A stretch of 62,464 bases of DNA, the filler included, from an uncultured bacterium (GTDB lineage: Bacteria > Hinthialibacterota > Hinthialibacteria > Hinthialibacterales > Hinthialibacteraceae), in the NCBI GenBank assembly GCA_964449065.1. It is 15 parts of 15 records of this genome, joined end to end, with 100 filler letters (N's around TTAATTAATTAA, not from the genome) between each part and the next. Parts side by side here need not be neighbours in the genome. Positions count along the whole stretch, not along the records: positions 1 to 4,166 come from CAYVAZ010000403.1; positions 4,267 to 8,426 come from CAYVAZ010000404.1; positions 8,527 to 12,659 come from CAYVAZ010000406.1; 12 more parts are not named here. The stretch is one strand, 5' to 3'. The notes beneath the pieces are model-generated. The model did not search any database. It was not told where the DNA came from and was given only the letters and a program-made list of their open reading frames with translations. The position numbers were made by a program, and so were the translations under genes. Of this stretch, positions 1 through 9,892 are shown in pieces; position 1 is the stretch's first letter, and every line of letters begins with the position of its first letter.

Positions 1-2
1 TG

Positions 3-1346
3 GTGGCCGCCCGGCTCGAGGCCGCCTACGGCACCGTGGACCAGGTCGATCTCTGGGTCGGCGGGCTCGCCGAGACCCCGCTGCCCGGGGGCGTGATGGG
101 CGAGGTGTTCTCGATCATCCTGATCGACCAGTTCCGCCGCCTGCGCGAGGGCGACTTCTACTGGAGCGAGGGCCGGGGCTTCAGCGCCGAGGAACTCGAC
201 GAGCTCTGGTCGACCACCCTGTCCGACGTGATCGTGCGCAACAGCGGCGTGGAGCACCTGCAGCGCAATGCGCTGCTGGCCTACGACCGCCAGCTCGGAA
301 CCACCGACGGCGAGACGCTGACCGGCGGCACGGCGCGGGACTTCATCATCGCCCTCGGCGGCGACGAGGTCCTGCTCGGCCGGGCCGGCGACGACGAACT
401 GCGCGGCGAAGGCGGGAACGACGATCTGGACGGCGGGGCGGGCGACGACATCCTTCTCGGCGGCAGCGGCGACGACACCCTTCTCGGCGGCAATGGCGAC
501 GACCTGCTCGAGGGCGACGACGGCAATGACCGTCTTGTCGGCGGCGATGGCGCGAACACGCTGCTCGGCGGCGCAGGCGACGACTCCGTTGTCGGCGGCG
601 GCGGAACCGACAGCATGGCCGGCGGCATCGGGAATGACACGCTCACCGGCAACGGCGGGAACGACACGCTGGACGGGGACGCGGGCGACGACACGCTGGG
701 GGGCGGCACGGGCACGGACCTGCTGCGCGGCGGGGACGGGAGCGACAGCCTGCAGGGCGGCGCCGATGAGGACAGCCTGGAGGGCGGCGCGGGCGATGAC
801 CTGCTGCGCGGCGACGCCGACGATGACAGTCTGCTGGGCGGCGACGGGAACGACACCCTCAACGGCGGAGGCGGGAACGACATCCTCGCGGGCGATGCCG
901 GGGACGACCAGCTTCGCGGCGGCACCGGGGCCGACACGCTCCGCGGCGGCTCGGGTGCCGACACCCTGAACGGCGGGAGCGACGCCGATGTCCTCGTCGC
1001 GGAAGGGAACGACACCCTGATCGGCGGCAGCAGCGCGGATCGCTTCGTGTTCGAGACGGCTGCATCCTCGGGGGTCGATCCCGCCTCCCGCGCCACCATC
1101 GTGGATTTCCAGAAAGGGCTCGATCTGATCGATCTTTCCGGGATCGACGCCGATCCGCTGACCCCCGGGAACGACGCGCTCGTCTTCATCGGCACCGATC
1201 CGCTGACCGGTCCCGGGCAGGTCAGGGCGCGCGAGGCCTTCACCAATACCTTCATCGAGGTCAGCCTGTCGGGGGACGGAACCCTCGACATGGAGATCCG
1301 GGTGTTCGGGCTGATCTCCTTCGCGGCGTCCGACTTCATCGTTTAG
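3..1346 (+). CDS. Animal-type heme peroxidase domain (C-terminal part) fused to RTX Ca-binding repeats and a serralysin-like C-terminus; 5'-truncated
   Basis: 'YGTVDQVDLWVGGLAE...QFRRLREGDFYW' is the peroxidase C-terminal signature; many GGxGxDxL nonapeptides follow; ends in 'DFQKGLDLIDLSGIDA...ASDFIV', typical of T1SS substrates. Confidence 0.88.
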   Translation: MAARLEAAYGTVDQVDLWVGGLAETPLPGGVMGEVFSIILIDQFRRLREGDFYWSEGRGFSAEELDELWSTTLSDVIVRNSGVEHLQRNALLAYDRQLGTTDGETLTGGTARDFIIALGGDEVLLGRAGDDELRGEGGNDDLDGGAGDDILLGGSGDDTLLGGNGDDLLEGDDGNDRLVGGDGANTLLGGAGDDSVVGGGGTDSMAGGIGNDTLTGNGGNDTLDGDAGDDTLGGGTGTDLLRGGDGSDSLQGGADEDSLEGGAGDDLLRGDADDDSLLGGDGNDTLNGGGGNDILAGDAGDDQLRGGTGADTLRGGSGADTLNGGSDADVLVAEGNDTLIGGSSADRFVFETAASSGVDPASRATIVDFQKGLDLIDLSGIDADPLTPGNDALVFIGTDPLTGPGQVRAREAFTNTFIEVSLSGDGTLDMEIRVFGLISFAASDFIV

Positions 1347-1489
1347 GGCGACGTTGCCGCTGCGCCGCGGCGCAGCGGCAAAGATCCGTGCCGCCGCGCG
1401 TGCAGGTTGCGGGCGCGGTGCTTCGCCGCAAGAAGGGAGTGCGGCTTGCGGGGTTTCGCACCTGCCGGCACGGCGATGACGGAGCCCTT

Positions 1490-2848
1490 ATGAATCCCTT
1501 CCAGGCCTTCCGGCCGCAGGTCCGCCGACTGGCGAAAACCGCTTCGTGGCTCGTTGCCGGCAAGATCGTCACAATGCTCAATTCGGTGCTCGTCGCGATC
1601 CTGATCGCGCGGCACCTTGGACCCTCCGACTATGGCGTGCTCAGCTATGCGCTCACGCTTCTGGCGCTCGCCCGGCCGCTGGTGGGGTTCGGGCTGTCCA
1701 ACATGGTGCTGCGCGACATCAGGCGCGACCCCGCCGAGGCGGACGGGATCCTCGGCGGGACCATGGTCCTGCGCGCGGCTGGCGGAGCGGTGGCCGCAGT
1801 GATCGTGGCGATCGCCGCGAGCTTCAGTTCCGTCGAACATCCCAACTTCCAGCTGCTGTGCGTGACGCTGATCGTTGCAGCTCTGTTCGCCTCACCCCGC
1901 GGGGTCGAGTTCTTCTTCATCGCCACCGGCCGGCCACAGTACTTCGTCATCGCGATGACGCTGAACACGCTCTGCTTCGCGGCTCTGAAGATCGCCTTCG
2001 TGTTTCTGGACAAGGGCGTCGACTGGTTCATGCTGGCGCATGCGGCCGAGATGGTCGGAATCGGCGTCGTGTCGCTGGCCGCCTATGTCGCCGCCGGCCA
2101 CGACCCGCGACGCTGGTCGCCGTCGCGGCAATGGATTGCGACCTACTTCCGTCGCGGCCGCGTGCTCCTGTTCGGCGCCTTCGCGATGACGGCCGGCGCG
2201 AGGCTGGACATCATCCTCGTCGCCGAACTGGTCGACGTGAAGGAAGCCGGGATCTATGCCGCGGCGGCCCGGATCTCCGAGATCCTCTACAACCTCCCGG
2301 TCGCCGTTGCGGCCGCGGTGTTTCCTTTTCTGGTCGACATGGAACGCGGCAACGCCGCGCGCTATCGCGAGACGCTGCAGCTCGTGCTCGACGGCTTCGC
2401 CGCCGCGGCCCTTGCGCTGGTGATCGCGATGAGCTTCGCGGCGGCCCCCCTCATCGCGCTGCTGCTCGGCCCGGGCTTCGCCGCATCGGCGGACATCCTC
2501 GTCATCCACGTCTGGGTCTGTCTGTTCGTCTTCACCCGCGCGGTGGTCGATAACTGGCTCATCTCGAAAGAACTCGACGCGCTCTCGGTCCGCATCCACA
2601 TGGGCGGCGTTGCCATCAACGTCGCGCTCAATCTTCTCCTCATCCCGATTTACGGCGCCAAGGGCGCAGCGTACGCAATACTCGGCTCCTACGCGACGGC
2701 AACGGTGATCTTCCTTGGACTCAGCGCAAGGGGACGCCCGATCCTCGTCATGCTGCTCAAGGCAATCTTCACCTGGCCGCTGCGCATGCCGCGGCTCGTC
2801 CGGCGGGTCTTGAGCCGATCCAGGCGCGGAGGGGTCGATGGGGACTGA
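1490..2848 (+). CDS. Polysaccharide flippase (Wzx/MOP family)
   Basis: Multi-TM; 'IARHLGPSDYGVLSYAL', 'AGIYAAAARISE', 'LLIPIYGAKGAA'; start taken at ATG 1490 after GGAG. Confidence 0.88.
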   Translation: MNPFQAFRPQVRRLAKTASWLVAGKIVTMLNSVLVAILIARHLGPSDYGVLSYALTLLALARPLVGFGLSNMVLRDIRRDPAEADGILGGTMVLRAAGGAVAAVIVAIAASFSSVEHPNFQLLCVTLIVAALFASPRGVEFFFIATGRPQYFVIAMTLNTLCFAALKIAFVFLDKGVDWFMLAHAAEMVGIGVVSLAAYVAAGHDPRRWSPSRQWIATYFRRGRVLLFGAFAMTAGARLDIILVAELVDVKEAGIYAAAARISEILYNLPVAVAAAVFPFLVDMERGNAARYRETLQLVLDGFAAAALALVIAMSFAAAPLIALLLGPGFAASADILVIHVWVCLFVFTRAVVDNWLISKELDALSVRIHMGGVAINVALNLLLIPIYGAKGAAYAILGSYATATVIFLGLSARGRPILVMLLKAIFTWPLRMPRLVRRVLSRSRRGGVDGD

Positions 2849-2908
2849 CCGTCGGATGCGAGATGGGGCACAGACGCCGACCGACCGGAGCGCGCGCAGG
2901 AGCGAAAC

Positions 2909-3841
2909 ATGACTGGACGACTGCCTAACCTCATCATCGCCGGGGTCGTTAAGGGAGGGACAACGTCTTTATACACCTATCTCTCGCAACACCCCGACTT
3001 CTGCGCATCCGATGTAAAGGAGACAAGCTTCTTCAAGCGGTTCTTCTACGACACCGATCCGGCTGAGCCGCCGCAAGGCGCGCCGGATCTCGATCTCTAC
3101 CGCCGACACTTCGCCCGCTGCCGCGATGAGCGGATCGTCTTCGAAGCGTCGCCGGGTTACATCAACGGGGGCGCGGCGCTCGCTCAGTGGCTTCGTGGGG
3201 CGATGCCGGGTCTGAAGGTGGCGATCATCCTGCGCGATCCGGCAGACCGCTGCCGGTCGGCGTTCGAGTATGAAAAGGGCATGCTGCGCCTGGAGGATGC
3301 CCTCTCGCTATCCGATTATCTCGCCGCTTGCCGCGCCCGTGAAGCCGAAGGCGTGCTGTGGATGCGCGAGCATCGCGCCTATCGCGGCATTCGAGACGGG
3401 CGCTATGCGGACTGGCTCGGCGGCTGGATGGAGGCCTTCGGCGACGATCTTGCGATCCTCTTCTTCGACGATCTCAAGGCCGACCCCGCGGCGTTCACGG
3501 ATCGGGTATGCGCCTGGCTCGGCACCACGCCGGCGACCACGAGCGGGGTGGACTTCGCCGCCGTCAACGTTTCGGCGCAGCCGCGCAACCGTGCGGTGCA
3601 GGGCGTGGCTCTCGCCTTGAACAAGGCGCTCGAGCGGACCTTCCGCCGCAATCCGGGCCTGAAGAGGCGGCTGCGCGCAGCCTATCTTTACTTCAACCCT
3701 CCCAAACCGATCAGCAAGCCGGCCGAGGCCGAGATGGTGGCGCTGCGGGCGGAGTTCGCCGACGCCAACGCGCGCCTGCGCGCGCTGTTCGCCACGCACC
3801 GGCCCGACCTGCCGCTGCCCGCATGGCTCCGAAATGCCTGA
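2909..3841 (+). CDS. Sulfotransferase family protein
   Basis: 5'-PSB motif 'PNLIIAGVVKGGTTSLY', 'KETSFF', 'EASPGY', 3'-PB motif 'ILRDPADRCRS'. Confidence 0.88.
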   Translation: MTGRLPNLIIAGVVKGGTTSLYTYLSQHPDFCASDVKETSFFKRFFYDTDPAEPPQGAPDLDLYRRHFARCRDERIVFEASPGYINGGAALAQWLRGAMPGLKVAIILRDPADRCRSAFEYEKGMLRLEDALSLSDYLAACRAREAEGVLWMREHRAYRGIRDGRYADWLGGWMEAFGDDLAILFFDDLKADPAAFTDRVCAWLGTTPATTSGVDFAAVNVSAQPRNRAVQGVALALNKALERTFRRNPGLKRRLRAAYLYFNPPKPISKPAEAEMVALRAEFADANARLRALFATHRPDLPLPAWLRNA

Positions 3842-4166
3842 CATCAATCCAGGCGACTGGACGGCGGCCCTGCCCGCCGACGCGCCGGTGCTCGTCACCG
3901 GCGCCGCCGGCTTCATCGGGCATGCCGTCTCGGCGCGGCTGCTCGATGCCGGTCTGCCCGTCGTCGGGGTCGACAACGTCAACGCCTATTACGACCCCGC
4001 CCTCAAGCATGCGCGCCTCGCAACGCTCGAGGGGCGGCCGGGCTTCCGCTTCCACCGTCTCGACCTCGCCGACCGGGCGGCGGTGGCGGCGCTGTTCGCC
4101 GGACACCGCTTCGGCCACGTGATCCACCTCGCCGCGCAGGCCGGCGTTCGTTATTCCATCGACAAT
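3834..4166 (+). CDS. NAD-dependent epimerase, UDP-glucuronate 4-epimerase-like; 3'-truncated
   Basis: 'VLVTGAAGFIG', 'DNVNAYYDPALK', 'HLAAQAGVRYSIDN'. Confidence 0.9.
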
Positions 4167-4266
4167 NNNNNNNNNNNNNNNNNNNNNNNNNNNNNNNNNN
4201 NNNNNNNNNNTTAATTAATTAANNNNNNNNNNNNNNNNNNNNNNNNNNNNNNNNNNNNNNNNNNNN
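4167..4266. other. Artificial 100-nt contig spacer (N44-TTAATTAATTAA-N44); the same spacer starts at 8427, 12660, 16887, 21104, 25309, 29509, 33698, 37874, 42036, 46179, 50283, 54387 and 58429
   Basis: Identical N-runs around a linker with stops in all six frames; contig lengths fall from 4166 to about 3940. Confidence 0.99.
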
Positions 4267-4297
4267 GAAATGAAAAAATCGTGAAAGTTGCTGTCCA

Positions 4298-4615
4298 TCA
4301 ACAGGCTGCGCATCGGTTGAACGGGGAAAGTGCGTAAAACTTCTTCGCCGTCAACAAAAATGACGCAGCGGATGATTTTTCAATTTGTTGGTATCCGTTG
4401 AGTTTTCTCCAGCATTTTTCCGCTTTCTTGCAGAGTTTGAAAACCAACGAGAGGGTGGCCGCCCTTGTCCCGCAGCCTTTGTTCTTGCGCTGCCGGTGCC
4501 TGACGGTTGCGAAGGTTGATCCGATGGGATTGGTGGTTCTCAGGTGGGACCAATGCTCGGTCGGGAAGTCGTAGAAGACCATGATTTGCTCTTTGTCTTT
4601 GATGAGGCAATCGGT
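4298..4615 (-). pseudogene. IS256-family transposase C-terminal remnant
   Basis: 'CLIKDKEQIMVFYDFPTEHWSHLRTTNPIGSTFATVRHR...KGCGTR' matches the IS256 C-terminus; the catalytic Glu position reads G and the N-terminus is missing. Confidence 0.85.
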
Positions 4616-4707
4616 GCGCCTCCCATCCCTTGGCTCCCTCCCTACTCTACTGAAAGAAAACCACTTCCAGTTGACCTGAACGAGAAAAATGGCTTAAACC
4701 TCAACGC

Positions 4708-5115
4708 ATGAAGAAGAATACAATCATAGGAGGTATCGCGGGGATATTGGTGGTCTCCTTGGCGGCTGCCTTATTCTGGAAACCCGGTCCCTCATCAACC
4801 GGCAAAGGCTTTGCTGCCGTTTCATTGGCCGAGGCGAGGCGGGGTGATTTCAAGGTGTGGCTGGACGCGAGGCCGCCGAGGGCGTTCATGGAAGGACACT
4901 ACCCGGGGTCGATCAATATCCCCGCGACATGGAGGGGAGAAGAAATCGAGAGGCAAATCGCGAACATACGGGAAAAACATGATGGCGATAAAATCTTGAT
5001 CTACTGCAACCCGCCCCCTTGTAAAGATTCCGGAATCCTCGCCAACCACCTGAATGCCGGTGGGATAAAAAACATCGCGATTTTGATCGAGGGTTATGTC
5101 GCCGAAAGAAACTGA
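4708..5115 (+). CDS. Rhodanese-like domain protein with N-terminal membrane anchor
   Basis: 'WLDARPPRAFMEGHYPGSINIP', 'ILIYCNPPPCKDS', 'ILIEGY'. Confidence 0.85.
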   Translation: MKKNTIIGGIAGILVVSLAAALFWKPGPSSTGKGFAAVSLAEARRGDFKVWLDARPPRAFMEGHYPGSINIPATWRGEEIERQIANIREKHDGDKILIYCNPPPCKDSGILANHLNAGGIKNIAILIEGYVAERN

Positions 5116-5551
5116 ACCATGGCTGTGGGCGTTCCTGCTCGCCGCCATTTTCATTGTTTCGGGCATTCTGAAGATTGCGGAGATAGAGGCGTTCCACGAG
5201 TATGTTTATCTGATTTTGAAGGAGTATTCGAATTGGGACACAGCGGGTCTGCTGGCGAGATGGTGGTGCTGGCTGGAAATACTCGGCGGATTATCGTTAC
5301 TGGTGCCCCAGAAAGAGACCCGACTCTCGGGGGCGGTCACCGTCGGCTCGATGTTGGTTGTTGCAACTTTTTTTCTGATGGTGGCTCATGGGAAAGGGAT
5401 GGAATCCTGCCTCTGCTTCGGGAGTGCTATTCCAAAAGCACTGAACCATTTTAGTTTAAACCTCTTAAGGAATGTGTTGTTATTCACGGCAAGTATTAGG
5501 TTCATTGTTTTGTGTCGAAATAGCAAAGATTTCGCGAAGTGTGAAATTTAG
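5096..5551 (+). CDS. MauE/DoxX-family redox-associated membrane protein
   Basis: 'FIVSGILKI', 'LEILGG', conserved 'CLCFG', 'LLRN'. Confidence 0.8.
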   Translation: MSPKETEPWLWAFLLAAIFIVSGILKIAEIEAFHEYVYLILKEYSNWDTAGLLARWWCWLEILGGLSLLVPQKETRLSGAVTVGSMLVVATFFLMVAHGKGMESCLCFGSAIPKALNHFSLNLLRNVLLFTASIRFIVLCRNSKDFAKCEI

Positions 5552-5586
5552 CTGGTTAAAACACATCCCCCTTTTATCAAAGGCGC

Positions 5587-6222
5587 ATGCATCGCATCTC
5601 AATCATTGCATTGCTGGCAATAGCAGCGGTAGCCCATGCCGAAGAACCTTTCGACAAAGCCTCTGAGTTAATACAAGCCGAGGAAAGATTCGTGACCACG
5701 GCGGATGGGGCGAAAGCACTGATCCAGACAAAAGCCCCCCAGAAATTTCCCGCAGGCATCATGGACGCCTCGGGCAATCCATCGGATTTATCTCGACTGC
5801 CCAAAATCGAACTTCCTAAAAATGCCCTCGAAATCGTCCGCAAAGGCGGGAAAGAAATATTTGATCTCTATGGCGAAAGTTTTCCCGGCTGGATCAAGGC
5901 GGAAAAGAACGAAGAGGTGACGATCAAAGTCAAAATGCCCTCAATTGTTACGGGTGCGGTGCAAGTCCATGCGCTGGACAAGGGACAAATCAAAAAAAGT
6001 TTTTGGGGCGTGTTTCGGGACACGGTGCCTGGCAAGAGCTTCGACGTGGGCGCGGATGGTTTCGTGGAAATCCCGATCAAGATCGGGGACGAGAACGGGC
6101 GATACCAGTTCGTGATCTCGGCGGGAGAAGTTTTCGACTGGACGGTGGCGTTCTGGGTGGGGGATGAAATCCAACCCGCGACCGCCAGCGGCACGACCTT
6201 CACGGACCCTTCTCAAAGATAA
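5587..6222 (+). CDS. Secreted hypothetical protein
   Basis: Signal peptide ending AHA; beta-rich C-terminal half; lies directly upstream of the RHS gene. Confidence 0.7.
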   Translation: MHRISIIALLAIAAVAHAEEPFDKASELIQAEERFVTTADGAKALIQTKAPQKFPAGIMDASGNPSDLSRLPKIELPKNALEIVRKGGKEIFDLYGESFPGWIKAEKNEEVTIKVKMPSIVTGAVQVHALDKGQIKKSFWGVFRDTVPGKSFDVGADGFVEIPIKIGDENGRYQFVISAGEVFDWTVAFWVGDEIQPATASGTTFTDPSQR

Positions 6223-6260
6223 TTTCAAATCCAACGATCAAAACAAACACCCATAAACCT

Positions 6261-8426
6261 ATGAAAAAAACCATCCTTCTCGCGCTCCTGTTGACATGGA
6301 ATTTTGCCGCTCTGCAAGCGGAAACTTGCAACAACGAAGCGCTCGAAAAAGCGGAAGAGTGCAAACCAGGAATAAAGGATTGCCCTGAAGAAACCCCACT
6401 CGGTTCTGAGGAATCCGAAGACGAGTGCTCCAAGGCCTCGGGAAGCCCCATAGACCTTCGTGGTGGGAATCTGATACGGATGAGCGTGGACTTGAAAGAA
6501 GAAGGTGGGGTGGGAGAATTTAAGATTGAATTGAACCGCTTTTATCGTAGCCGCTACATCTGGTGGGGCAGGTGGACCAAGATGGGGCAAGCGGGATGGA
6601 GGCACAGCTTTGATCACAACCTCTATTTGCAGAGAGGTGGTAACGCCTTTTTCTATTGCGACTCACAAGGTGACGGGTTCCAGTATTTCCGAAAAGGCAC
6701 GACCAATGAATTTCGTGCGTCCAATGCCACGCCCGATGTGCTATGGCAATGGTCGAGCGACGGCAACCGTTTCACCTTGGTCAAGCCAGACCAGACGGAA
6801 CTCGATTTTGTTCGTAGCCCGACCCCCGAGGCCCCCCAACAAATACCGCCTCGAAAAAATCCGCGACCGCCGCGGCAACGAAATGAAGCTGACTTATTTG
6901 GAGAATGACCCAGCCGCGCAACTCTGGGGCAACGACCTTCTCATGAGAGTGGAAGATGCCGCTGGCAGGGGGATCAATTTCACCTATGGGACCGACCGCC
7001 TCTTGTTGCAGGCCGCCGCTGACGATGGTCGCTTCGCGCAATATAATTATCAAGTCGTCGGGGGCATCAGCGTCCTTTCACACGTGACCTATGATGACGG
7101 CACAGTTTCCAGCTACACCTACACGACCACGACCGGACTGGACGGAATCACCCGTCCCCTGCTGGCATCCGCGATCGATGTCCGTTACGGCAATCATATA
7201 ACGGGTGCGATGGAAGCTTTCGAGTATTCGGCGACAGTCCCCGGCATGGTGACCAAGGTCAAGCACGCCATTACCGGAACCGTGATGACGGAGATCGAAT
7301 ATCCGCTGGGTGCCCCCGTTAAAGTCAAAAAACCGGATGGCGTCGAAAGGTTTTATACGTTGGGCGGAGCCACCCGGCCGTTCAAGGATGCGTTGGGAAG
7401 ACAGCAGGAACGCTATTTCAAAAGCGGCAAAGTTACCGGACAAAAAGATGCCAACGGTAACATCACTGGATGGGAAATGGATGCATTCGAGCGACTGACT
7501 AAAGAAACTCTCCCCGACGGTTTGACTCGCTCTTACACCTATGACACGGCGGGCAACACTCTCACCTCCACCGACGAACTCGGCAGGACGACAACCCACG
7601 AATACGACGCTAACAACAACAAAACCAAGACCACTTTCCCCGACGGAACCACCAAGACTTGGACCTACAACTCCTTCGCCCAAGTCCTGACCGAGACGAG
7701 CCAAGACGGAGATGTCACGACCTTCGAATACGATGCTTTGGGCAACCGCACCAAATCCACGGATGCCTTGGGAAATGTCACTGAATATTCTTACGATGCC
7801 GCCGGAAGGGTCATCGCCATGAAAGACCCCAACGGCAACGCCACCTCCATGGAATACAATCCCAAAGGGCTGGTGACTAAGACCACCTTCGCCGACGGTT
7901 CTTCCCGCTCCGCCGAATACGACGCTTTCGGGAACATGACCAAATCCACCGATGAACTAGGCCACGAGACGCTTTACACCTACGACGAATACAACCGCGT
8001 GGTGCGCGTGACCGACCCGCTCGGCAGGCAGATGACTTACGAATACGGTCTCTCCACGGGTTGCGGCGGTTGCGGCGGTAGCAACGAGATCATCCGATTC
8101 ATCTGGGACGCCAAGGGCAACCGCACGGAAAGAATCTACGATGCCGCCCGCCAGCTTGTAGAAGTCAAAGACCCCACGGGCGCTTCGACAAAATTTTCTT
8201 ATGATGCCAACGGCAACATGACCTCCACGACCGACGCCAATGGGCGAGTGACTTCCTACGTCTACGATTCCCGCGACCGCAGGATCGCCGTGATAGACCC
8301 TCTCGGCCACAGGACATCCACGGCCTACGATGTTGCCGGAAACGTCACCGCTGCCACCCGAGAGGACGGCACGGCCACAGTGAACGAATACGACGCTCTA
8401 GATCGCTTGGTAAAATCCACCAACGC
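6261..8426 (+). CDS. RHS/YD-repeat protein with signal peptide and DUF6531-like N-terminal domain; +1 frameshift near 6832-6837; 3'-truncated
   Basis: ORF 6261-6908 has 'PIDLRGGNL...ELNRFYRS...GWRHSFD'; the overlapping frame continues 'YRLEKIRDRRGNEMKLTY' into many YD repeats. Confidence 0.88.
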
Positions 8427-8530
8427 NNNNNNNNNNNNNNNNNNNNNNNNNNNNNNNNNNNNNNNNNNNNTTAATTAATTAANNNNNNNNNNNNNNNNNN
8501 NNNNNNNNNNNNNNNNNNNNNNNNNNCTTG

Positions 8531-8776
8531 CGTCGGACATCTCCCCCAAATGCTTTGGGGGAGACAAAGGCTTTTGCAGACAAGATGCCTGCACTATTAT
8601 GAATACTATTTTCCGTTCCATCATTCATAGTAAACTTTTCTATTTGCAAAATGGTATAAGACCGTTCGATCATCACCCCCCCCCTCTAACTCCCCCCAAT
8701 CTTGTGGGGAGAATATTGAGGCCTTCGAAAGACATATTAGCCATGCATCAAACATTATTTATTTGAAGTGGTATAA
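8531..8776. repeat. Right part of a dispersed element: CTCCCCCAA-loop-TTGGGGGAG hairpins plus a family-2 terminal repeat (TTTATTTGAAGTGGTA + TAA)
   Basis: Hairpin is homologous to 21431-21464 and about 51770-51812; the end matches the family-2 ends at 21521-21540 and 45794-45813. Confidence 0.7.
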
Positions 8777-8903
8777 GTTTAGTATAATCAGTATTTTAAT
8801 AAAATTATCAATGGTAAAATTGGCACGCACGCACACCAAAGCAAAGTGTTTTTTGATGCGGCAGGTTGCGGAGAGGAACGAGGAAGAAGGCTGATACAAA
8901 ATA

Positions 8904-9092
8904 CTACTCTGGAGTCCACAATCCCAGCAGGTGTTTTTGAATTTTTTCGCGGGTTTCTTCGGGCATGCCCGCCAGTTCGCCTTCAGGGACAATGCCGGTG
9001 CGGCGCACCCAGCATTTTTGCATTTCGCTCCAATAGGTGACGGTGCCGTTATCGTGCAGTTGCGGTTCTTTGTTAGTGGGTTCTTTTGACAT
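8904..9092 (-). CDS. Small hypothetical protein
   Basis: 62-aa ORF with a GAGGAGG RBS upstream. Confidence 0.6.
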   Translation of the reverse strand: MSKEPTNKEPQLHDNGTVTYWSEMQKCWVRRTGIVPEGELAGMPEETREKIQKHLLGLWTPE

Positions 9093-9154
9093 GGTTGCCT
9101 CCTCTCTATTTGGTGTGATTTAAAATCTATGCCGATTTATGCTTACGGTGCGTC

Positions 9155-9181
9155 CGGCACGGCGGGAGCCTCGCCCTCCCA
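9155..9181. repeat. REP-like palindrome GGCACGGCGGGAGCCTCGCCCTCCCA
   Basis: Near-identical to the REP at 45831-45857 beside the RAYT remnant. Confidence 0.75.
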
Positions 9182-9328
9182 AATCGGTAATCAATGTACA
9201 TAGCCGGTGGATTGCCGGAATACACTATCGCGTTATAGTCAATTGGCTTCTCGTTGATCGGTTTCATGAGTTCTCAAAATCTTTACGGACGAGCCCATCC
9301 TTGTCTTTTATTTTCCAGAGTATACATC

Positions 9329-9712
9329 CTATTCTATTTTCATTTCGCCTTTGGGTTCCAGGGGTTGATTGGCGAATGCGTATTTTTCCACTACGTTGCC
9401 TTTGATCAGATGTTCTTGAATGATTTCTTCCAACACTTTGGGGGAGCATGAATGGTACCAAGTACCTTCGGGATAAACGATTGCCAGCGGTCCCTGTCTG
9501 CATACGCGCAAGCAGTTAGCCTTGGTGCGGAAGATACCTCCCGATTCGGAGAGTTTCAGTTCTTTCAAACGCTTTTTCAGGTAATCCCACGCTTCGAGGC
9601 CGTCTTTTTTCTTGCAGCATTTGGGTTTGGTTTGATCCGCGCATAGAAAGATGTGGCGGGTCACTTTATTTATCCCAAGCGCTCTCACTTCTTTCTCTAA
9701 TGATTTGGTCAT
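9329..9712 (-). CDS. Thioredoxin-like [2Fe-2S] ferredoxin
   Basis: 'RHIFLC...KCC...[25 protein letters not shown]'. Confidence 0.9.
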   Translation of the reverse strand: MTKSLEKEVRALGINKVTRHIFLCADQTKPKCCKKKDGLEAWDYLKKRLKELKLSESGGIFRTKANCLRVCRQGPLAIVYPEGTWYHSCSPKVLEEIIQEHLIKGNVVEKYAFANQPLEPKGEMKIE

Positions 9713-9767
9713 GAATATAAATTCCTTTCCATTGCTCTATCATAATTACAACCAATCCGCGATCACA

Positions 9768-9796
9768 AGTAGGGGGACGTTGCAACGTGCCCCTAC
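9768..9796. repeat. GTAG-type REP-like hairpin
   Basis: GTAGGGG-GACGTTGCAACGTG-CCCCTAC inverted repeat in an intergenic region. Confidence 0.6.
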
Positions 9797-9892
9797 GTTT
9801 GCAGGGAGATTCGCCTAGAGACACGATAACCACCCCTACGGTTCCGGGGTATCCGCCACTATACTACTCTTTTTGTACGAAAATGCGATTTT

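Noticed and set aside
281..1339. 352-aa Ser/Pro-rich minus-strand ORF
   Set aside because: Antisense shadow of the GC-rich RTX repeats
4167..4266. Regularly recurring TTAATTAATTAA motif as a biological repeat or array
   Set aside because: It is embedded in N-runs of fixed length and is an artificial contig linker
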